This document shows positions 22,856 to 30,652 of a DNA stretch of 32,000 nucleotides, one piece after another. The notes under the pieces were generated by a model, which saw only the letters and a program-made list of their open reading frames with translations, made no database searches and was not told where the DNA came from. This DNA is from Xylanibacter ruminicola 23 (lineage in GTDB: Bacteria > Bacteroidota > Bacteroidia > Bacteroidales > Bacteroidaceae). Each line of letters opens with the position of its first letter. Position 1 is the stretch's first letter. The translations under genes were made by a program, and so were the position numbers. The stretch spans positions 1,770,001-1,802,000 of the forward strand of contig NC_014033.1 in the NCBI RefSeq assembly GCF_000025925.1, in the 5' to 3' direction.

Positions 22856-22863
22856 CAAAGATA
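22856..22863 (-). promoter_or_regulatory. Bacteroidetes -7 box (TATCTTTG)
   Basis: 40 nt upstream of the ATG at 22815. Confidence 0.5.
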
Positions 22864-22885
22864 CATTTTTCTCCACGTTTTTTCG

Positions 22886-22893
22886 TACTTTTG
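22886..22893 (+). promoter_or_regulatory. Bacteroidetes -7 box (TACTTTTG)
   Basis: 32 nt upstream of the ATG at 22926, which is out of frame with the GNAT body. Confidence 0.5.
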
Positions 22894-23004
22894 CACCCAA
22901 GTTTACGATACTTTAAGATAAGGAAATGGTACAATTAGAACCGATACTGCAATAAGAAAACGTTTCAGGAGCTGACCACGAATGAGCTGTACGAATTACT
23001 TAGA

Positions 23005-23403
23005 GTGCGTAGCGAAGTATTCGTGGTTGAACAGAACTGCGTTTATCAAGATATGGACGGAGATGACCAGAAATCCATTCACTTGTGGCTGACAGTAGCC
23101 GACAAGATTGTAGCTTTGGCTCGTGTATGCCCCGCCGGTACTCACATGAAGGAGATATCTATTGGCAGAGTGATCACCACCGAGCGAGGCAAAGGGTATG
23201 GCAAACAAATCATGCTTCATGCCATCGAAGCAGCTGAAAACCATTTCGGCGCAACACTTATCGACATAGAGGCACAGGAATATGCCAAGGGATTCTACGA
23301 AAACGTAGGATTCGAGCAGTCGTCCGACACCTTCATGCTCGACGGCATTCCTCACATCAAAATGACTTGGACTAAAGATCTGGCCGCCGTCTCACGGGGA
23401 TGA
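23005..23403 (+). CDS. GNAT N-acetyltransferase, ElaA-like (5' end uncertain or possibly frameshifted)
   Basis: SEVFVVEQNCVYQDMDGDD...IGRVITTERGKGYGKQIM...GFYENVGF...DGIPHIKM is ElaA-like. ElaA-like sequence (KKTFQELTTNELYELLRV) continues upstream to about 22954 in this frame without any ATG, GTG or TTG. Confidence 0.7.
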   Translation: MRSEVFVVEQNCVYQDMDGDDQKSIHLWLTVADKIVALARVCPAGTHMKEISIGRVITTERGKGYGKQIMLHAIEAAENHFGATLIDIEAQEYAKGFYENVGFEQSSDTFMLDGIPHIKMTWTKDLAAVSRG

Positions 23404-23422
23404 CACCTGGAGAGTATAAAAA

Positions 23423-24325
23423 CTACAGTTGATTTTTCCCTAAGAACTCGCTGGGAGTAAGCCCCGTGATGCGCTTGAAGAGACGAGTAAAATGGTGGGG
23501 GAAATCGAATCCGAGCAGGCGGGAGGTCTCGCTGATGTTGTGACCCTGCATCAACAGACTTTTCGCCTGATTGATTATATAATTATGTATGTAACCGATA
23601 GCCGTGCCACCAGTGGCCTTGTGGACAATATCGCCAAAATAACGAGGCGAATAGGCCAGTTCGGAAGCGCACCAAGCGACGGTAGGCAAACCCTGCATCA
23701 GCTGACGGTTCTCACGAAAATAGGTTTGAAGCAAGTTGTGAAAGCGCTTCAGCAGGTCAGCCTCTCCCCTGTCCTCTTCGAAAAGCTGGCGCTGATAGAT
23801 ACGATTACAGTATTCCAGTATCAGGCGCAGATAAGCCAGCAGCACGCTTCGGAGTGAAGGTGAATCCTCGTGCGTCTGCAACTCTTGTCGCATCTGTGCC
23901 ACCAACTGCGTGATGCTGAGCCATTCGTCGGGCTCCATGCGCAGCGAACCATCAAAGAAATACGAGAAGAACTGATAGCGGTCTATCTGGCGTTCCAGTT
24001 CAGTGCCGTGCAACAGTTCAGGCGACCACAGCAATACCCAACCACACAACGAGATACGCTCGCCATTGTCTTCCAATCCGCCTATCTGTCCTGGTTCTAC
24101 AGCTATAATGGAGGCATCGCTTACCTGCAGCGTCTTCATACCGTAAGAGAGCGTATTGGGAAACTGTCGCTGGATGAACAGACCATACACGCCATAGTTG
24201 TTCAGGCTATGACGGAAGGGCGCCAGCTCGTCGTAATGGATGATGCTAATTAATGGGTGCAACACCGGAGCATCCACAAAACGAGCATAGTCGTTAGGAC
24301 AATCAACCTTCAAAATATTCCTCAT
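23423..24325 (-). CDS. AraC-family transcriptional regulator
   Basis: The C-terminal AraC HTH reads ...SPRYFGDIVHKATGGTAIGYIHNYIINQAKSLL...ISETSRLLGFDFPHHFTRLFKRITGLTPSEF. I place the start at the second Met (MRNILKV) because a -7 box at 24334-24341 lies inside the longer ORF. Confidence 0.8.
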   Translation of the reverse strand: MRNILKVDCPNDYARFVDAPVLHPLISIIHYDELAPFRHSLNNYGVYGLFIQRQFPNTLSYGMKTLQVSDASIIAVEPGQIGGLEDNGERISLCGWVLLWSPELLHGTELERQIDRYQFFSYFFDGSLRMEPDEWLSITQLVAQMRQELQTHEDSPSLRSVLLAYLRLILEYCNRIYQRQLFEEDRGEADLLKRFHNLLQTYFRENRQLMQGLPTVAWCASELAYSPRYFGDIVHKATGGTAIGYIHNYIINQAKSLLMQGHNISETSRLLGFDFPHHFTRLFKRITGLTPSEFLGKNQL

Positions 24326-24333
24326 ATCGGGAA

Positions 24334-24341
24334 CAAAGATA
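24334..24341 (-). promoter_or_regulatory. Bacteroidetes -7 box (TATCTTTG)
   Basis: 8 nt upstream of the ATG at 24325. Confidence 0.4.
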
Positions 24342-24448
24342 CACAAAATAATCTAATAATGGTAGAAATTTAATGGTTTTTTAGCACTTTCTGCGAAATT
24401 GGTATATAATCAGCCAATTTGTGTAATAGCTATATAATATATAATGTG

Positions 24449-24456
24449 TACCTTTG
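24449..24456 (+). promoter_or_regulatory. Bacteroidetes -7 box (TACCTTTG)
   Basis: 27 nt upstream of the ATG at 24484. Confidence 0.5.
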
Positions 24457-24483
24457 CACCCAGAAACTTAGAACAGTTATCCT

Positions 24484-25419
24484 ATGAACATCAACAAACC
24501 TATCAGTCGAAGAAAAGCACTCAAGGTCATGGGCCTTGGAATGTTTGCAGCCTGCGTTCCGACGCTTCCGTCGTTTGGAGAGTCCCCAAAGGAAAATGAG
24601 AAGAAGACCAAACGTCTGATCTTCTATTTCTCTGCAACCGGCAATAGCCTTTATATAGCCAGGCAGTTGGGCGGAGATGAAGCGACCTTGCTGAGCATCT
24701 CACAGGAAATTCACAACGAGCATCCTGATTATGAGGCAGAAGAAATAGGATTCGTGTGTCCCGTCTACTGTTTCATTCCTCCTGCCATTGTCCAGGATTT
24801 CATTGCTCGTTCATCTTTCAAGGCCGATTATTTCTTTACAGTGGGCACTTATGGAGCCCATAGCACGATATTCCCAGAGTTCGTTGATGACCTTGCCAAG
24901 AAGCACGGTTTTCAGATGAATTATATCTCTACCATCCAGATGGTCGATACTTACCTGCCGTATTTCGACATGGAAAGGGAATTGGCCGACCCCAAGCTTC
25001 AGCGTATTCCCGAAAGAGTTGCCACAGTTCTTGCTTCTATCAACAATCGCGAAAACTATATTCAGGAGGTTACAGAGCAGGACAGGATGATATGTGACGG
25101 ATATTACCGCATGTCGGGACGCGACCGCCAGCGCCCGACTATGACAAGATCGGAGAAGATTGTCTTTGCCACGGATGACTGCATCGGATGTGGAGTTTGT
25201 ACTTCGGTTTGTCCGCATGGCTCCTGGAAAGTGATTGATGGTCATTCGGTTGCCAATGGGGTATGCGAAAATTGTCTGGCATGTGTTCACAACTGCCCGA
25301 AGAAAGCAATTTCAATCATTCCCACGCCTCCTGAACCCGAAGAGGCAAACAGGAATGCACGATATCGTAATCCGAATGTCAGCTTAGCTGATCTCATCAA
25401 GGCCAATAGTCAACAATAA
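24484..25419 (+). CDS. Flavodoxin-like plus 2x[4Fe-4S] ferredoxin-domain protein with Tat-type signal
   Basis: 311 aa. SRRKALKVMGLGMFAA (twin-Arg), LIFYFSATGNSLYIA (flavodoxin-like), CIGCGVCTSVCP and CENCLACVHNCP. Confidence 0.75.
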   Translation: MNINKPISRRKALKVMGLGMFAACVPTLPSFGESPKENEKKTKRLIFYFSATGNSLYIARQLGGDEATLLSISQEIHNEHPDYEAEEIGFVCPVYCFIPPAIVQDFIARSSFKADYFFTVGTYGAHSTIFPEFVDDLAKKHGFQMNYISTIQMVDTYLPYFDMERELADPKLQRIPERVATVLASINNRENYIQEVTEQDRMICDGYYRMSGRDRQRPTMTRSEKIVFATDDCIGCGVCTSVCPHGSWKVIDGHSVANGVCENCLACVHNCPKKAISIIPTPPEPEEANRNARYRNPNVSLADLIKANSQQ

Positions 25420-25451
25420 TATGAAAGTAATTTCTTTAAAGAGAATCTGAA

Positions 25452-25898
25452 ATGAAGAGATTGAAGATAACGATTATCTCAATGACTTTAGCTACAACAG
25501 CAATTGCTCAGGGTGTGATGGATGTGCACTCACACCTAGGAGAAAAGCCATCAGCAGCCATCGCCACTGCAAACATGATTGTCCGCATTGCTGAGATTGA
25601 GGTCTATCCGCAGTATATGAAGGAATATCTCGCCTTTGCTAACGAGGTGGATCGCCTGAGTATAGAGCGCGAGCCTGGTGTCATCTGCCTGTATCCCATG
25701 CAGAGTGCCGAAGACTCATGCCAGATTCGCATCCTCGAAATCTATGCCTCCGAGGAAGCTTACCAGCTGCATCTGAAGACCCCTCACTTTCTGAAGTACA
25801 AGCAGGGCACGCTCCACATGGTGAAAGACCTGAAACTGCCCACGATGAAGCCGCTCGACCCAAAGACAATGAAACTGATATTCAAAAAGCAGAGATAA
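25452..25898 (+). CDS. Antibiotic-biosynthesis-monooxygenase (ABM) domain protein with signal peptide
   Basis: 148 aa. IVRIAEIEVYPQYMKEYLAF...ILEIYASEEAYQLHLKTPHFLKY is the ABM/quinol-monooxygenase pattern. Confidence 0.7.
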   Translation: MKRLKITIISMTLATTAIAQGVMDVHSHLGEKPSAAIATANMIVRIAEIEVYPQYMKEYLAFANEVDRLSIEREPGVICLYPMQSAEDSCQIRILEIYASEEAYQLHLKTPHFLKYKQGTLHMVKDLKLPTMKPLDPKTMKLIFKKQR

Positions 25899-25900
25899 CG

Positions 25901-26476
25901 ATGCATAAGTATTTATTATTTTTAGCCGCCATGCTGTTCTGCAGCTGTTCTGCAGACAACGAAGCGAAAGCAGAAACACCTACTATGAATAAAATTTATA
26001 TCACTATCGGTGGACAAACGCAAAGCGCGACACTTGTGGACAATGATGCCACACGCGAGTTGGTTGCTGCTCTGCAGGATGCGCCCATAACAGTGACTCT
26101 CAACGACAACAATTTTGAGATATGGGGTTCTTTAGGCAAATCGCTGACAACGAAAAACGAGCAGATGACAGCCCAACCCGGAGACATCGTTCTTTATAAC
26201 GGCAGCAACATATGCATCTTCTACGAGTCAAACTCCTGGAGCTATACTCGTTTAGGACATATCGACGGACTGTCAGAAAATGAGCTTCGCACATTCCTGA
26301 AGGCTGGCCAAAACAACATCAGTGTGACGCTTTCGCTTACTTCAAGTACGACCGCCATCAAGAGCGTCAATGGTAATCGTTTGAAAAATGGAGATTATTA
26401 TTCTCTGAATGGCGTGAAAGTGGAGAACCCTTCAAAAGGTATCTATATCAAGAACGGTAAAAAAGTTATATTATGA
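25901..26476 (+). CDS. Cyclophilin-like-fold lipoprotein with a short C-terminal sorting-domain-like tail
   Basis: Start placed at the in-frame ATG at 25901 (MHKYLLFLAAMLFCSCSADN). The track ORF start at 25718 would overlap the ABM gene. The IYITIGGQTQSATLVDNDATRELV...GDIVLY.GSNICIFY core is cyclophilin-like. Confidence 0.65.
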   Translation: MHKYLLFLAAMLFCSCSADNEAKAETPTMNKIYITIGGQTQSATLVDNDATRELVAALQDAPITVTLNDNNFEIWGSLGKSLTTKNEQMTAQPGDIVLYNGSNICIFYESNSWSYTRLGHIDGLSENELRTFLKAGQNNISVTLSLTSSTTAIKSVNGNRLKNGDYYSLNGVKVENPSKGIYIKNGKKVIL

Positions 26477-27612
26477 GAACAATAATCATCACAATGCTGC
26501 TGGGCGGAATGCTCGTAGCATGTAACAACAAACAAACTATTAATAACGATATGGAACAGAAGTTAGAATTGACGCAGGAGTGGGATAAGGTGTTCCCGCT
26601 GAGCGAGAAAGTGAACCACCGCAAGGTGACGTTTGAAACACAGTATGGACTGACGCTGGCGGCAGACCTCTATACGCCTGCGGCGAGTGAAAAGTTAAAA
26701 GTGAAAAGTGAAAAGTTGCCTGCCATCGCCGTCTCTGGGCCTTTCGGCGCCGTGAAGGAGCAGTGCAGTGGACTCTATGCCATGAAGATGGCAGAGCGTG
26801 GTTTCGTGGCGCTGGCTTTCGACCCTTCCTATACGGGTGAGAGCAGCGGTGAACCGCGCCGCACGGCTTCGCCCGACATCAATACCGAGGACTTTATGGC
26901 TGCGGTCGATTTCCTGTCGAAGCAGGACAATGTGGATGCCGAGCGTATTGGCATTATCGGTATCTGCGGTTGGGGTGGCATCGCACTGAATGCTGCCGCT
27001 ACCGATACTCGCATCAAGGCTACCGTAGCCTCTACGATGTATGATATGACTCGTGTCAGTGGCAACGACTATAACGATGCTTTCGACAACGAGCAGTGGC
27101 GTCATAGGAACCGCGAAAACCTTTCAAAGCAACGCCTCACCGACCCCAACGCGATGGCTGGAGGTGTGCTGGATACCGTGCCCCCACAGGCACCCAACTT
27201 TGTGCACGACTACTACGACTATTACAAGACCGAGCGCGGATATCATGCCCGCTCCGGCAACTCTAACGACGGCTGGCGCGTCATCGGTACACAGGCCTAC
27301 GCCAACAGCCGCTTCCTCTACTACATCAACGAGATCCGCTCTGCTGTTCTTGTGATGCACGGAGCTGATGCCCATTCACGCTACTTTGGCGAGGCTGCTT
27401 ATCACTATATGGTGGATGGCAAAGCTGAAGGTTATAAATTTGTTGGCGAGCCAAATCCCAACCCCGAGAACAAGCAACTGCTCATCATACCAGATGCCTC
27501 TCACTGCGACCTCTATGATGGCGGCTACGAGGAAAAAGCAGGTCAGGGTCAACCCAAGAACATGATTCCGTGGGATAAGCTGGCAGAGTTTTTCAAAACG
27601 TATTTGAGATAG
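26473..27612 (+). CDS. Alpha/beta hydrolase (dienelactone-hydrolase-like, apparent Cys nucleophile)
   Basis: 379 aa. LPAIAVSGPFGAVKEQ and ERIGIIGICGWGG (Cys codon 26965-26967) at the nucleophile-elbow position. The start overlaps the upstream stop (ATGA). Confidence 0.7.
   Translation: MRTIIITMLLGGMLVACNNKQTINNDMEQKLELTQEWDKVFPLSEKVNHRKVTFETQYGLTLAADLYTPAASEKLKVKSEKLPAIAVSGPFGAVKEQCSGLYAMKMAERGFVALAFDPSYTGESSGEPRRTASPDINTEDFMAAVDFLSKQDNVDAERIGIIGICGWGGIALNAAATDTRIKATVASTMYDMTRVSGNDYNDAFDNEQWRHRNRENLSKQRLTDPNAMAGGVLDTVPPQAPNFVHDYYDYYKTERGYHARSGNSNDGWRVIGTQAYANSRFLYYINEIRSAVLVMHGADAHSRYFGEAAYHYMVDGKAEGYKFVGEPNPNPENKQLLIIPDASHCDLYDGGYEEKAGQGQPKNMIPWDKLAEFFKTYLR
26688..26715 (+). repeat. Heptamer micro-array TGAAAAG/TTAAAAG/TGAAAAG/TGAAAAG inside the hydrolase CDS
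   Basis: Four tandem 7-nt units. 26686-26714 is identical to 69-97 and is read in the same frame (SEKLKVKSEK). Confidence 0.9.
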
Positions 27613-27635
27613 GCTTAGGCACAAGCCACACCAAT

Positions 27636-27672
27636 AAACATCTCCCAAATCGAAAAGATTTGGGAGATGTTT
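27636..27672 (+). terminator. Hairpin terminator after the operon
   Basis: Perfect 16-bp stem AAACATCTCCCAAATC/GATTTGGGAGATGTTT with loop GAAAA, 24 nt after the stop. The only U-tract is the one within the 3' arm. Confidence 0.6.
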
Positions 27673-27743
27673 CGATAAATCTCATTGCCACAAAATAACA
27701 TAATGATAACATACGCTTAACCAATCTTTTTCTTGAGAGTACC

Positions 27744-27751
27744 TATCTTTG
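27744..27751 (+). promoter_or_regulatory. Bacteroidetes -7 box (TATCTTTG)
   Basis: 45 nt upstream of the ATG at 27797. Confidence 0.5.
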
Positions 27752-27796
27752 CACCATCAAATAAACAACTAATAAAAGACATAAGCAGAATATAAC

Positions 27797-28759
27797 ATGT
27801 ACGACATATTGAGGCTATATGGGGGACTTAGAATCAGATGCCTGTGGCGGATGATTAGGGAGCTGAAACTCGCGGCTATTCCCGCCCTGTTGCTCCTTAT
27901 GTTATTGGGAGTAATAACATGGAAAGAATTGGGGACGGCTCCCGTCTATTATAGCGTGCTGGTTGATGTAACCCTGCTATTGGCCTGGCACCTCACGCGC
28001 AGCGATAGCGTGTTTCTCTGCTCCATCTTTTGCGAAAGACGTACGAAGATGTTGTTCTTCGCAGAATACACGCTTCTGTCCGCCCCTTTCCTGTGTTTCT
28101 TCCTCTATCGTAGCGCACCTTGGGCTGTAGCCATCGTTCTACTGGCATTGGTGATCGTGTGCTTCTTGCCTTGCGGAGGCATCTCCTTGCGCCTGCCCAC
28201 ATGCCCGTGTCTGGCCTCCGGCAGTTACGAATATCATCGGGCAGCGCGCCTCACGCTCCCCCTACTCTTGCCACTCATGGCGGCAGGAGCCATTGGTGCC
28301 TACATCGGCAACCGCCATCTGGTCATCGGTGTCAGTATGATAGCCGTTTCTGTCTTCAGCATGTTGATGATGCGCGAGTGGCATATGGAGTATCTGTTTC
28401 ATTACAAGAGTGCTGCGAGGTTTCTCCGGCTGAATTTGCTGTTTGCCCTGAGAAATGCGTGCATCATCTTTCTGCCTTTTATCGTATGTCTGCTACTTGT
28501 TGCCCCCAGTTGGTCGCAGTTGCTTTTAGGCGAATCCTACTGCCTTGGTGCAAGTCTTCTGCTGTTTCAAGTAGAGATGCTTTGCTTCGTAAGCGGCGGA
28601 ACCAACAGTGGTAACGACCTCATATCAGCCCTTGTGTATGTGGCCTTGAATGTCATTTTCTGCGTGTCGGCACTGGTGCCACAGGCCTTAGTGCTCTCCG
28701 TCATCGTGTCCGTCATACTGGCTTATCATGCCTATTTAGTAATCAAGAAATATAAATGA
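27797..28759 (+). CDS. Polytopic integral membrane protein (putative permease partner of the downstream ABC ATPase)
   Basis: 320 aa with about eight hydrophobic segments and no motifs I recognised. It overlaps the next gene by 4 nt (ATGA). Confidence 0.6.
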   Translation: MYDILRLYGGLRIRCLWRMIRELKLAAIPALLLLMLLGVITWKELGTAPVYYSVLVDVTLLLAWHLTRSDSVFLCSIFCERRTKMLFFAEYTLLSAPFLCFFLYRSAPWAVAIVLLALVIVCFLPCGGISLRLPTCPCLASGSYEYHRAARLTLPLLLPLMAAGAIGAYIGNRHLVIGVSMIAVSVFSMLMMREWHMEYLFHYKSAARFLRLNLLFALRNACIIFLPFIVCLLLVAPSWSQLLLGESYCLGASLLLFQVEMLCFVSGGTNSGNDLISALVYVALNVIFCVSALVPQALVLSVIVSVILAYHAYLVIKKYK

Positions 28760-29421
28760 TGATTGAAATCAGGAACTTAACAAAGAAATATCGTGAGCTC
28801 ACGGTCATCGACAACTTCTGCCACTCGTTTGATGGCGGCAAGGTGTATGGCATCATGGGCGAGAACGGCGCAGGCAAGAGCACGCTGTTCAGATGTATTG
28901 CCGGAATCGAGTCGTACGACGGTTCAGTCGTCGTCAACGAGAACAAGCAGATTGGTTACATGAACGATACGCCCTTCTACTACTCTTACGTCACAGGCAT
29001 GGAACACATCGAGTTCTGTCTGCGTGCCAAGGGTAAGACCATCAGCCGAGACGAGATTGAGCAGTTGAATGAGAAGTTCGCCCTGCCGCTCCAGAGATAC
29101 GCCAGCAGATACTCCTTAGGCATGAAAAAGCGCCTGATGCTGCTGACGTTGATGCTGCAGGACAACGACATCGTCATCATGGACGAACCCTTCAACGGCA
29201 TCGATCTTGCCGGAACAATCATCCTAAGACAGTGGCTCAAGGACCTAAAGGCCCAGGGCCGTTGCGTCATTCTTTCCTCACATATTGTTGCTGCCATCGC
29301 TGACATCTGCGACGAGATGACCTACATCCACCAGGGAAAGGCCGTCTGCGACTTCTCTGGTATGTCAGCAGCATCTATCGAGCAATATATCATGGAAGAA
29401 TTCTTGTCACATTTATCGTGA
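28756..29421 (+). CDS. ABC transporter ATP-binding protein
   Basis: 221 aa. Walker A GENGAGKST, signature-like YSLGMKKRL, Walker B IVIMDEP, H-loop ILSSHIV. Confidence 0.85.
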   Translation: MMIEIRNLTKKYRELTVIDNFCHSFDGGKVYGIMGENGAGKSTLFRCIAGIESYDGSVVVNENKQIGYMNDTPFYYSYVTGMEHIEFCLRAKGKTISRDEIEQLNEKFALPLQRYASRYSLGMKKRLMLLTLMLQDNDIVIMDEPFNGIDLAGTIILRQWLKDLKAQGRCVILSSHIVAAIADICDEMTYIHQGKAVCDFSGMSAASIEQYIMEEFLSHLS

Positions 29422-29442
29422 TTATCGTGACGCATAAAAAGA

Positions 29443-29477
29443 GAGCGCAACTCCCGATTTCTCTAGGAGTTGCCCTC
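29443..29477. terminator. 12-bp-stem hairpin after the ABC gene; the T-run lies on the minus-strand side
   Basis: GAGCGCAACTCC, an 11-nt loop, GGAGTTGCCCTC (one mismatch). An A5 precedes it on the plus strand, so as a classical terminator it is better oriented for minus-strand transcripts. Confidence 0.5.
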
Positions 29478-29570
29478 AATTTGCACTTCTCACAATTATC
29501 TGCCATATTGATAAATCATAAAGTATTGTAAAGATGGATGCAAATGTACAAATAATCAATTATAAATCAG

Positions 29571-29578
29571 TACCTTTG
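29571..29578 (+). promoter_or_regulatory. Bacteroidetes -7 box (TACCTTTG)
   Basis: 14 nt upstream of the ATG at 29593. Confidence 0.5.
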
Positions 29579-29592
29579 CAGTGATAATTAAT

Positions 29593-30078
29593 ATGTTTTT
29601 TGAAATTATGATGAAGAAAATAATAAACCCTTGGCGTAACCATGAGGGGTATAACTGTTTCGGTTGCAGTCCAGACAATCCTATTGGACTCCACATGGAG
29701 TTCTACGAAGATGGTGACTATATCGTGAGCACCTGGCATCCTGAGCACAATTATCAGGGCTGGGTAGATACCATGCACGGTGGTATTCTGAGTACTTTGA
29801 TCGATGAAGTGTGCGGTTGGGTAGTCACTCGCAAGTTACAGACAAGCGGCTATACCGTTCAGCTGAATGTAAAGTTCCGCAAGGCGGTTCCTACGACTGA
29901 GCCCGAACTGACTATCAGGGCAAAGGTTACGAAGCAGGTTCGTAATCTGGCCTATATCAGTGCAGAAATAACGAACTCGAAAGGTGAACTCTGCAACGAG
30001 GGCGAGGCCATCTACTTCCTGATGAACGAGGAAAAGGCCAAAGAAATGGGATTCATGCATTGTGATGTTGAAGAATAA
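29593..30078 (+). CDS. PaaI-family (hotdog) thioesterase
   Basis: NCFGCSPDNPIGLHMEF...GWVDTMHGGILSTLIDEVCG is the PaaI/4HBT class II pattern. The start is moved to the first ATG after the -7 box, because the track start at 29581 is a GTG within 3 nt of the box. Confidence 0.75.
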   Translation: MFFEIMMKKIINPWRNHEGYNCFGCSPDNPIGLHMEFYEDGDYIVSTWHPEHNYQGWVDTMHGGILSTLIDEVCGWVVTRKLQTSGYTVQLNVKFRKAVPTTEPELTIRAKVTKQVRNLAYISAEITNSKGELCNEGEAIYFLMNEEKAKEMGFMHCDVEE

Positions 30079-30105
30079 CAACGATAAGAAACTGTTTGAT
30101 TGAGT

Positions 30106-30594
30106 ATGATAACCATCGATACGATAAACATGTGCTCGCACCTGCAACGCAAGCTATTCGAAAAGGATGGCCAATATCATTCTCTATGGATAGCCATACA
30201 GGATGATTCAGAACTGACTGCCGTAGTCCGTTCTCGCCAGCTACATATTTATCGCAATGGCAAGAAAGTGCTTGTACTGGCAGGAAAGTCTGCACCAAAG
30301 ATTATCAGAGAGGACCCGATTTGCAAGCTATTACAAATTGAGCGAATAAAGTGGATGGAGCAACGTTTTAATTATGCCTTGGCTGCCATCAAGAATGGGA
30401 CTGTAGATTCGCAGAAGGCTATCAAAGATGATATTGCCGAACTCAGCAAATACTATGGTAGTGAGTTGTGGAAATTGGACTTTGCTGCTGATGAAGCAGG
30501 AAAACTTCCCCCAGACCTCAAACGCGGAGTTCTATCAGAAGACGGCATTTGGAACCTGCTCGTTGACTATAGTGAGATTCAAAAGAAAAAGTAA
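30106..30594 (+). CDS. Hypothetical protein
   Basis: ORF of about 162 aa starting at the ATG at 30106 (the track start at 30100 is a TTG). No motifs recognised. Confidence 0.5.
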   Translation: MITIDTINMCSHLQRKLFEKDGQYHSLWIAIQDDSELTAVVRSRQLHIYRNGKKVLVLAGKSAPKIIREDPICKLLQIERIKWMEQRFNYALAAIKNGTVDSQKAIKDDIAELSKYYGSELWKLDFAADEAGKLPPDLKRGVLSEDGIWNLLVDYSEIQKKK

Positions 30595-30601
30595 TAAAAA
30601 T

Positions 30602-30636
30602 CCCCGCCAAGGTAAAACTTGACGGGGTTCTTTTTT
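30602..30636. terminator. Bidirectional terminator between convergent genes
   Basis: CCCCGCCA...TGACGGGG stem followed by TTCTTTTTT on the plus strand and preceded by A5. Confidence 0.65.
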
Positions 30637-30652
30637 ATAGTGATTGAAGGGA

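Noticed and set aside
22246-22938. 230-aa plus-strand ORF
   Set aside because: It is antisense to the LUD-domain gene and has no motifs. The -7 boxes in the 22816-22925 gap fit the minus-strand LUD gene and the plus-strand GNAT gene instead.
25718-25900. Upstream extension of the cyclophilin-like ORF (track start 25718)
   Set aside because: It would overlap the ABM gene by 180 nt in another frame. The internal ATG at 25901 gives a canonical lipoprotein signal 3 nt after the ABM stop.
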